This document shows positions 56,752 to 64,000 of a stretch of DNA of 64,000 nucleotides, in pieces. Both the position numbers and the translations under genes were made by a program. Under the pieces are notes generated by a model, which had not been told where the DNA came from, ran no database searches, and was given only the letters and a program-made list of their open reading frames with translations. Origin of the DNA: Escherichia phage JLBYU40; sequence record NC_105514.1. One strand, 5' to 3'. Position 1 is the first letter of the stretch, and each line of letters begins with the position of its first letter.

Positions 56752-57244
56752 TACTCCAATTATTTTTCTAGATATTGATGGGGTGCTCAATTCGAGCATC
56801 TCCCACCATCATGCGCCTGATCATGAAAAGATTTTCTTTGGAAGTGACTGGGTTTTCAAACCGCTTCTCAAGGCTTTTCAGGACTTTATTCGTCCTTCTC
56901 CGATAATGATTGTTGGAGTATCCTCATGGTTCCCTGTCAGGAATGAGATGGAGAACGTTCAGATTATGACCGGATTAGGTCTTATCGATCGTTTTCTTGG
57001 TACAACGGATTTTACTGGTGGTGGGCTATCTAGGGGTAATTCTGTTCTTCGCTTCGTTGAAAAGCATAAGCTCAAACATTGGTGTGTGCTGGATGATGCT
57101 GGTGCTATGATGTACCAGTATCCAACGGTTATAGTCAACGGTAGAACTGGAATAAATCTTCAAGATTTAAGAGCTGTTAGCTATATGCTAGAATTTAGCC
57201 CAGATCTTGAAATGTGTAAATCCTTACAACAATTTAAGGTGTAA
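56738..57244 (+). CDS. HAD-like hydrolase
   Basis: 168 aa; N-terminal IIFLDIDGVLN (DxDGV). Confidence 0.45.
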   Translation: MEISNTPIIFLDIDGVLNSSISHHHAPDHEKIFFGSDWVFKPLLKAFQDFIRPSPIMIVGVSSWFPVRNEMENVQIMTGLGLIDRFLGTTDFTGGGLSRGNSVLRFVEKHKLKHWCVLDDAGAMMYQYPTVIVNGRTGINLQDLRAVSYMLEFSPDLEMCKSLQQFKV

Positions 57245-57246
57245 AT

Positions 57247-57675
57247 ATGTTCAATAATGTATTCTCTAAAGAAGCTAACCCAATTTTGGTTAACTTTTGG
57301 CGTACTCTCCCGGCTAGCCTGTATAATGAGGCTATTAACTCCTTGAAAATATGGTGTGAAAATAATGAAATCTCCTTTGCTTTTAAAGATGATATTGATG
57401 AGGCCCCCTGTATTGGTTTAGTTGTGCAGGTAGAGGATGGTCTTGAAGAGATTGTGGGCTGGAAAGAGTTAGACGAAATGGGCTTAGTTTTTGCGTTAAA
57501 TTATAAGCTGTTTATGCCTGCTAAGCATCGCCTCGTTGTTAACCATAAAACTAGTGAATCTCCTGGTTTTCAGGTTAATGAACGTTATGGTTGGTCTTAC
57601 TCACCGGAAGAAGTAAATGAGGGGATTCAGAAACTTCGCCGTTTTGGTTATCAGATTCCGGGTTTAACTGCTTAA
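57247..57675 (+). CDS. hypothetical protein, paralog A
   Basis: 142 aa; shares D(D/E)PCIG...W(K/N)EL(D/S)(E/A)MGL(V/I)(F/V)ALN(Y/F)(K/S)LF(M/H)P and ...Y(Q/V)(I/P)PGL(T/N) with the next ORF. Confidence 0.5.
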   Translation: MFNNVFSKEANPILVNFWRTLPASLYNEAINSLKIWCENNEISFAFKDDIDEAPCIGLVVQVEDGLEEIVGWKELDEMGLVFALNYKLFMPAKHRLVVNHKTSESPGFQVNERYGWSYSPEEVNEGIQKLRRFGYQIPGLTA

Positions 57676-57684
57676 GGAGGCAGA

Positions 57685-58077
57685 ATGGAACAAGTATATT
57701 GGCGTCAGATTGATCCTAGTTTGGTGAAGCGTGCGGAGAAGCTGCTACAACGTTGGTTGGGGGTAAGACAAGCCTCCTTCACTTTTCCGGAGCAGCAAAT
57801 AGACGATCCCTGTATTGGTGTTTTCCTATCAGGCTACGCTAGGGAATGGGAATTGGATTGGAATGAATTGTCTGCTATGGGCTTGATTGTTGCCCTAAAC
57901 TTCTCTTTGTTCCATCCACGTGGTTTGGCCATATGTCGTGTGCCTGATGACGGTTGTTCGCCCCATCTTTTACAGGTGGAAGATGATATTTGGGAGTACA
58001 CTCCAGATATTCTCACAGAAGCTAAAGAACAATTAAATCGTGTTGGGATTTATGTTCCGGGCTTAAATGATGAATGA
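57685..58077 (+). CDS. hypothetical protein, paralog B
   Basis: 130 aa; tandem paralog of 57247-57675; RBS AGGAGG. Confidence 0.5.
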   Translation: MEQVYWRQIDPSLVKRAEKLLQRWLGVRQASFTFPEQQIDDPCIGVFLSGYAREWELDWNELSAMGLIVALNFSLFHPRGLAICRVPDDGCSPHLLQVEDDIWEYTPDILTEAKEQLNRVGIYVPGLNDE

Positions 58078-58168
58078 TTTTTATTAGCTGAAATTTGTAA
58101 TCCGGGCTATTAGTGCTCGGATTATTACATAATCTTTCCAGTCGATTGACAGTCAAAATAAATTGTCG

Positions 58169-58197
58169 TTGACAATTTGGATGGATTATGTAATAAT
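58169..58197 (+). promoter_or_regulatory. candidate promoter with palindromic TTGACA repeats
   Basis: GATTGACAGTCAA...GTTGACAAT with an A/T-rich -10-like AATAAT at 17 bp. Confidence 0.3.
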
Positions 58198-58216
58198 ATA
58201 TGTATTGGAGGTGAGG

Positions 58217-58669
58217 ATGTCATTCACACAGCAAGAACTTTTAGATAACTTCCGATATGAAGATGGTAAGTTATTTAGAACTACAGGAAGAAATGCAGGG
58301 AAAGAATGTTGTGTTTCTACGGGTAACGGATATTATCGTATATCTCTAGGGAATAGGACTATGCTTCGGCATAGAGCAATATTTTTAATGCATCATGGAT
58401 ACTTACCTGATTTAGTAGATCATGTGAATACTATAAAAGGTGATGATCGTATTGAAAATCTTAGAGAGCAGACAGTGTCCGGTAATCTAAGAAATATCAA
58501 ATATAAGAAAGGAATGCATGTTTACCCTTCTGGTAGTAAGAACTGGCAAGTAGTATTTACTATTAACCGTAAACGTATAGTTAAAGGAACATATGACAAC
58601 TATGAGGTTGCATGTTCTATGGCCAAGATGTTTAGAGGTCAATTATACGGTAGGGAATCAATCCAGTAA
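58217..58669 (+). CDS. HNH homing-endonuclease-like protein
   Basis: 150 aa from ATG 58217 (RBS GGAGGTGAGG); HRAIFLMHHGYLP...VDHVNTIKGDDRIENLR. Confidence 0.55.
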   Translation: MSFTQQELLDNFRYEDGKLFRTTGRNAGKECCVSTGNGYYRISLGNRTMLRHRAIFLMHHGYLPDLVDHVNTIKGDDRIENLREQTVSGNLRNIKYKKGMHVYPSGSKNWQVVFTINRKRIVKGTYDNYEVACSMAKMFRGQLYGRESIQ

Positions 58670-59204
58670 AATTTCATTTGCAAGGGAGTATTATTTTATA
58701 GTATAATATTCCCATAAATGAGAGACATTAGTAAAAATTGATTTTGCTAATTTTTCTTGTTTACAATCCGCGATACGGAACAGTTAGGCTGCCCCATTAA
58801 GGGTTGTTTTAACTGTTACGTGTTAGTTTTTAAACAAATAGTTAATAGAATACTTAGCGATCTGCGTCCCATAGGAACCCTGGTAAGGCCTCGAAGCAAC
58901 CTAGTATGAGGTGGTTGTGAAGTGAGATGGGAGGAGTGAAAAACTCCGAGACGTGATTCTGTAAGTTATATTGCATCTAGTATGAGCTAGTATATGAAGC
59001 ATTAGGTGAGCAAATCTGGCTTAGCGGCCATCCTCAAGGATTTGTGCGGTATAACAAAGCAGCAGCGCAGCGTGAAAGTGGAAGTTGCCACCCCACTTCA
59101 GTATTTGCGATTAATTTGTTGAGAAATTGACAGTAACAGTTGTTCTATTCTTTCTGAATAGTCCTAAAGAAAACTTATTTCATTTCCAACACAGGAGTAT
59201 TGTT

Positions 59205-61991
59205 GTGTTTTCAATCCTACAAGGTCATGCAGGATTTCATCGCGATTTAGCCACAGGCAATTGGCGAGAAGTTAAAGCAGAAGACTATCTTTTTGCTAAA
59301 AGATTTTCCTCAAAGCATCCTGAAGGTAAACCAGCTTCAATGCCCTTCAAGTTTGATGTAATTGATGAAGTTGATCCTCAAACCCTAGTAGAAATGCTTC
59401 CTCTTATGAGACGTTTAACGTCTGACCCTCATATCGTTGCGGTACGAGGTCGATGTCTTGCACCTAAAAATAATGTGCGACGTAAGAAGGGCAACTTTAA
59501 TGTATCTAACCCAAGTCATATAATTGCAATGGACGTGGATGGTATTGTAGATACAGGTGGTTGTAACAAGTTTGATCTTGTTGGCATGGCCCGACATATT
59601 ATTAGGATGTTAAATAGTATTAGTGAGGATATGTTTCCTCTTGATGCAGGGTTTATCGCTCATGCATCATCTTCGGCTGGGCTAAAACCAGGTATCCGAA
59701 TGCACTTAATACTAGAATCTAATGTTAAAGTAACTCAGGGTCAAATCAAGTTCTTATTTACATCTATCAATGAAAGTAGTAGACAAAAGTATGGCTTTGA
59801 TATTGCCGACTTAGCTTATTACTCTTCCGTACAGCTCCATTATTTTGCAGATCCGTTATTTACAGATGGTATAGTAGATCCGTTTAAAGCGGAGGGTGCT
59901 TCACGTCTGGTATTTGTTAAGGGTTCTAAAGTAAATTTACCCAATAATCTGGTTGACTATGAAACAACTAGAGGCGAGTTTAAAGAGGAGTTTTACTCTT
60001 TACTCGATCAAATTAAAGGTAAAAAAGCCGCCTCCGATAAAGTAGAGGAAACTATCAGCGAACTAGAAGAAGCTGAGGATGGAGTGTATCTACGTATTAT
60101 TCCTAAACTCTATCACAGGGCTTTAGAGGATGGTGTTGATTTTGCATGGCTAGAAAAAGAAATCCGTCCAGCCTTATCAGAGTATATTGCAACTAAAGAT
60201 AATAGTCGTAATATTCAAGACTACTTTAACAACGGTCGTAAGCAGGCTCTGAAAGCGTTTGTTAATAATTCTAAACGTGATATACCGGATGTTTTAAAAG
60301 GTATTCCACTTAAAAAGCTAGAAACTAACTCTCTAGAGACTGATAACTTCTTGAAATTAAATACTGTACCACCAGAAGGTTATATGACTTTTGTAAAAGC
60401 AAGTCTAGGTACAGGTAAAACTACGGCGGTTGTGCGTTGGCTGGATTCAGGAGTTATTAAGGGTAATTTCTTAGCAATTACCAATACTAGGGCACTAGTG
60501 TCTTCAAATGCTAAGAAATTTAGTGCAGGACAATATGATAAGTCTGTAGATATGCTTAATTTTAAGCGCGGTGCTATTGACCGTATGTCCACAACTATTC
60601 ACTCTTTACATAAGTTCAAGAGTTTTATTGGTCAAATTGATGCAATCTTTATCGATGAATGTGATGCTGTAATGAATGACCTATTATTCGCCCCGGTTGT
60701 TAAGCAACGTCGCGAGTGTATTCAGGTTCTTCGGGATATTCTTGCAACTGCAAAAATCATTATATTATCTGATGGTGATATTAGTGCTGAAACAATTGAA
60801 GCATATGGTTCTTTGATTGAGTTTGATAAACCGGTTGCATTTTATAATCATCACCGTAAGATGCTGTCAAAAGCTCATGCTTATGAGTTCCCTGATGAAT
60901 CTAGTATTTGGGTTGCACTTCAGACTTCTCTAGAGATGGGTGAGAAATCTATTCTGGTATCTGACTGTGGGCCGGATGAGCTGAATGAGAAGGGCATGGC
61001 ATTGCGTCATAATACGGGTGCATTAGTTAAGGAAATCCACTCAAACTCTACGTCTGATGTAGATATTAGACGTATCCTGGATTACACAACTAATGAGTTA
61101 ATTGACCAACAAATTGATTGCTTATTATGTAGTCCATCCGTAACGAGTGGTGTTGACTTCAACTATTTTGATAACGTATTCGTTATTACTAGAACCAGTA
61201 ATCAGGCGCCAAACATGCGTTTCCAAGCAATCAGGCGCGACCGTGGTGCTCAGAACATCTATTATTTTATTGATAAATCCACTAGTGGATTCTCCGCAGG
61301 TTCCGAACAATATAATATTGATGAAGGTTGGCTGGAGTTAGCACAGCAATTATACGCACGTCGCAGAGAGCTAGAATCTAGGAACTATACTAGTACTTTA
61401 CGTTATTACTTGCTTGATCAGGGTGCAACTATTGATATTTTCAGCGAAAGCTGGGGAACTATTGAAGGTGCTGGTAAAGAGTACACAGAAGAGCGAATTA
61501 AAGCTATTCTACATTCAACTCCGGATTATTGTGCTCCACGTCATGCGGATGCGTATGAAGCTAAACTACTTCTTGTTCGCTATTATCATCTCGAGTCTAT
61601 TAAAGATGTAACAGTTGAGCATGTTGAACAATATATCAAAGATAAACCAAATGATCGAGCTGCATTCTTCCATAAGATGCATGAGATGTTCTGGGAAGAT
61701 ATTAAGAAGTGTTCAAATGTGACCATTAAACCATTCATAGAAGCTCTGAAAGGTAAGAAGAAGGATTTCTTCCTTAAAACAGGTCAGAGTGCTAACCCAA
61801 AATATGCTAGAATGTATCTTGGTATGATGGGTATTGGTAAGGATATGAACACTGAAAATATTGTAGACTGGTACAGAACCTATTGTAAAATCGAGTGTAT
61901 GCCAATTCCTTTCAAATTCATGACAGAGGAAGAGAAGGCTATGGCAGAAGAAGTAATGTCCGAACTTGGAGCAACCAATGAAGATGCATAA
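59205..61991 (+). CDS. large Walker A/B NTPase, helicase/replication-initiator-like
   Basis: about 928 aa from GTG 59205 (RBS AGGAG); ORF track gives 954 aa from a TTG; Walker A GTGKT, Walker B FIDECD. Confidence 0.5.
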   Translation: MFSILQGHAGFHRDLATGNWREVKAEDYLFAKRFSSKHPEGKPASMPFKFDVIDEVDPQTLVEMLPLMRRLTSDPHIVAVRGRCLAPKNNVRRKKGNFNVSNPSHIIAMDVDGIVDTGGCNKFDLVGMARHIIRMLNSISEDMFPLDAGFIAHASSSAGLKPGIRMHLILESNVKVTQGQIKFLFTSINESSRQKYGFDIADLAYYSSVQLHYFADPLFTDGIVDPFKAEGASRLVFVKGSKVNLPNNLVDYETTRGEFKEEFYSLLDQIKGKKAASDKVEETISELEEAEDGVYLRIIPKLYHRALEDGVDFAWLEKEIRPALSEYIATKDNSRNIQDYFNNGRKQALKAFVNNSKRDIPDVLKGIPLKKLETNSLETDNFLKLNTVPPEGYMTFVKASLGTGKTTAVVRWLDSGVIKGNFLAITNTRALVSSNAKKFSAGQYDKSVDMLNFKRGAIDRMSTTIHSLHKFKSFIGQIDAIFIDECDAVMNDLLFAPVVKQRRECIQVLRDILATAKIIILSDGDISAETIEAYGSLIEFDKPVAFYNHHRKMLSKAHAYEFPDESSIWVALQTSLEMGEKSILVSDCGPDELNEKGMALRHNTGALVKEIHSNSTSDVDIRRILDYTTNELIDQQIDCLLCSPSVTSGVDFNYFDNVFVITRTSNQAPNMRFQAIRRDRGAQNIYYFIDKSTSGFSAGSEQYNIDEGWLELAQQLYARRRELESRNYTSTLRYYLLDQGATIDIFSESWGTIEGAGKEYTEERIKAILHSTPDYCAPRHADAYEAKLLLVRYYHLESIKDVTVEHVEQYIKDKPNDRAAFFHKMHEMFWEDIKKCSNVTIKPFIEALKGKKKDFFLKTGQSANPKYARMYLGMMGIGKDMNTENIVDWYRTYCKIECMPIPFKFMTEEEKAMAEEVMSELGATNEDA

Positions 61992-62496
61992 ACCAATGCC
62001 TCCTATGGCATTTATCCTAGAAAAGCTTAGGTATGACGAAAGTACTGGGGACTTAATTTGGTTATCTGGCCCAAGGAAGGGAAAGATAGCGGGCTCCAAA
62101 ATGAAAACTGGGAGACAGTTAGAGTTTATGATAAATGGAGAGCATACAGCTTACTTAGCCCATAGAATAATCTGGTTTATAAAGACAGGCGAAGATCCTG
62201 GAGATAAAACTATCGACCACAAAGACGGTGATAGTTTAAACAACTTGTGGGATAATTTACGTAAGGCTACCTATTCCGAAAATGGAAAGAATAAGAAGTG
62301 TTCTACTAATTCTACCGGATTCACTGGAGTTGTAAAACGAGGTAATAGGTATATGGCCTACGCTTACTGCAATGGAAAACAGCATATTTTTGGTAGACGA
62401 GATACCCCGGAAGAAGCCCATCAGCTATACCTTAGGGGAGTTAAAGAACTGTTTGGTGAATTTAATCCCTCGGAGAGATATGACAGTGAAGAATAA
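61966..62496 (+). CDS. HNH endonuclease with AP2-like domain
   Basis: 176 aa; IDHKDGDSLNNLWDNLR then GFTGVVKRGNRYMAYAYCNGKQHIFGRRDTPEEAH; start overlaps upstream stop. Confidence 0.55.
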   Translation: MEQPMKMHKPMPPMAFILEKLRYDESTGDLIWLSGPRKGKIAGSKMKTGRQLEFMINGEHTAYLAHRIIWFIKTGEDPGDKTIDHKDGDSLNNLWDNLRKATYSENGKNKKCSTNSTGFTGVVKRGNRYMAYAYCNGKQHIFGRRDTPEEAHQLYLRGVKELFGEFNPSERYDSEE

Positions 62497-62713
62497 AAAA
62501 TGGGAAACAAGGAAGTTCCCCGTAAAAGAGCGTAAAGTTCCTGTTTACGATACTTCGGAAAAGCTATGTAGGGTGGTACCGCACAGATTAGCTGGCATCC
62601 CTAACATATCCGAATGGTTACTTAAACAACGGAAAACAAACGTGTCTCTTCGCATCGGCTTTGAGTTAGATAAAGTCTATGCTGAACTTGCTTCTTTGCT
62701 CAAGGAATCGTAA
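62480..62713 (+). CDS. hypothetical basic protein
   Basis: 77 aa from ATG 62480; the longer listed ORF overlaps the HNH gene. Confidence 0.35.
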   Translation: MTVKNKKWETRKFPVKERKVPVYDTSEKLCRVVPHRLAGIPNISEWLLKQRKTNVSLRIGFELDKVYAELASLLKES

Positions 62714-62721
62714 AAATTTAT

Positions 62722-62750
62722 TTGCTTTCAGGAAAATTTTTCTGTATAAT
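62722..62750 (+). promoter_or_regulatory. plus-strand early promoter
   Basis: -35 TTGCTT, 17-bp spacer, -10 TATAAT, then ATAGATTCATAAATTTGAGAGAGAGGAG leader. Confidence 0.6.
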
Positions 62751-62783
62751 AGATTCATAAATTTGAGAGAGAGGAGTTTAAAT

Positions 62784-63488
62784 ATGGCTGGTTCTCGCAG
62801 AAAGAAACATATCCATGAAATCCCGGATGAAGTCTTTAAAAAAGTTATAGAGCATCTGGAGAACGGTGGTACTAAGAAAGCAGCATGTGAAATGCTTGGC
62901 GTATCATCCAATCCAACTATGGAAAGGATGATTGAAGAATGGCAAGACCGCCAGATTCAAGTTGCCGAGATGAAGAAAAAGAAACGTGGTACACTCATTG
63001 AAGGTATTGAGTTGGCCAACGTTATTGAACAGTATCTATCTGGCGATTCTTTTGAAGAAATTGCCGACCGTAATTACCGCTCTGTAGCAATGGTTAAATC
63101 TGTTCTGGAACGCTATGGTGCTTTGCTTCGTTTGAACGATATTGTAGACCCATTGAATCCTCCAATTATTCCTGATGATGCTGTGGCAGAAGAATTTGAA
63201 GTTGGTGAGCTTGTTTGGGTTCCTGGATACCAGTGTATTGGTGAAATCAAAAAAGCAATGGATAATCCTGTTGGTTGTTACCGTGTTTGGCTTCTATCAG
63301 AAGGCAAACAACAGAACGTCCATTATATGAATTACGAGCTGGCTTCTGTTAAACATCTGGAAAAGTTAGGGGTAGACGTAAAATCTCTAGGGTATAAATG
63401 GACTCGTGAAGAAATTATCACACTGATTAATGAAGCTGTTAAGGCTGCCTTGAAACTTGATAAAGAAAAAGGAAAACGCCGTGAGTAG
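62784..63488 (+). CDS. hypothetical protein, possibly DNA-binding
   Basis: 234 aa from ATG 62784 (RBS GAGGAG); the longer 62679 start lies within the promoter. Confidence 0.5.
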   Translation: MAGSRRKKHIHEIPDEVFKKVIEHLENGGTKKAACEMLGVSSNPTMERMIEEWQDRQIQVAEMKKKKRGTLIEGIELANVIEQYLSGDSFEEIADRNYRSVAMVKSVLERYGALLRLNDIVDPLNPPIIPDDAVAEEFEVGELVWVPGYQCIGEIKKAMDNPVGCYRVWLLSEGKQQNVHYMNYELASVKHLEKLGVDVKSLGYKWTREEIITLINEAVKAALKLDKEKGKRRE

Positions 63489-63732
63489 ACTAACTGATTT
63501 ACTTAAAGATGGAGAAGTAAAAACTCTGTATCGTAGAAGCTGGGATAATGATAATAATGGCTTAGTGTTACTAACTTTAGATGCTGACTCAGATGTAGCT
63601 ACTCAGCATACCTGGGTAGCCGGTAACTATCCATATAGCGAGGTTGTTTCATTAACAGTATGCGAAGCTATTGCTGACGATTGGGAGGTTGCCAGCATTG
63701 ATGATATGCTCGCTGTTGGCCTGGTGGAGTAA
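63481..63732 (+). CDS. hypothetical acidic protein
   Basis: about 83 aa from in-frame GTG 63481; the ORF-track start is a TTG. Confidence 0.35.
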   Translation: MSRLTDLLKDGEVKTLYRRSWDNDNNGLVLLTLDADSDVATQHTWVAGNYPYSEVVSLTVCEAIADDWEVASIDDMLAVGLVE

Positions 63733-63835
63733 CTACTTAAAAATTTCAGTTGCTTAATCCTACAATTCTTGATATAATATTCTCATAGTTTGAAAGAACT
63801 ATTCTGTTTAATTCTTAATTAAGGAAATATAAAAT

Positions 63836-64000
63836 ATGACTACTCCAACTCAGTGGACTGATGAACTGTTCGAAAAAATGTCTTCCGAATACGTTGCTCG
63901 TATGGAGCAATTCCCAGAGGATGAACGTCCGGGTGTTAGCATGGAAATTGTTAGCGAAATTGCCCAGGAAAATGGTGTAACTCCGAACGGTTTTCGTATG
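63836..64000 (+). CDS. hypothetical protein, 5' partial (runs off window)
   Basis: ATG 63836 with RBS AAGGAAAT; open to the window end. Confidence 0.45.
   Translation, partial: MTTPTQWTDELFEKMSSEYVARMEQFPEDERPGVSMEIVSEIAQENGVTPNGFRM

Noticed and set aside
1-64000. Prophage or integrative element markers (integrase, att sites, repressor)
   Set aside because: None seen; gene content fits a virulent T5-like phage.

Overview
This window reads as the left ~64 kb of a T5-like (Tequintavirus-like, Demerecviridae) virulent siphophage, about 39% GC. All calls are from reading the sequence and ORF track; no searches were run, tRNA ends are +/-3 nt, and family names are motif-based inferences. Positions 1-10100 look like the pre-early first-step-transfer region (dmp / A1-like / A2-like on the minus strand), containing a plus-strand cassette bracketed by inverted repeats with DnaA boxes and followed by dense iteron arrays. 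From 10.1 kb a minus-strand early region runs under a repeated TTGCTT/TAGCAA-17-TATAAT promoter family: many small ORFs, two phosphoesterases, a lysis cassette, dNMP kinase, a ClpP-like protease, a GrcA-like protein and about 27 tRNA genes (28.4-40.5 kb). Downstream are rnh, thyA, frd, nrdB, nrdA and phoH (minus), then a plus-strand block with nrdD, a Sir2-like protein, two HNH endonucleases and a large Walker A/B NTPase. The strongest candidate for an undescribed system is a GC-richer three-gene plus-strand island (37.0-38.8 kb) with its own consensus sigma70 promoter and terminator, convergent with an SPFH/band-7 membrane protein gene. No integrase, transposase, rRNA or CRISPR array was seen.
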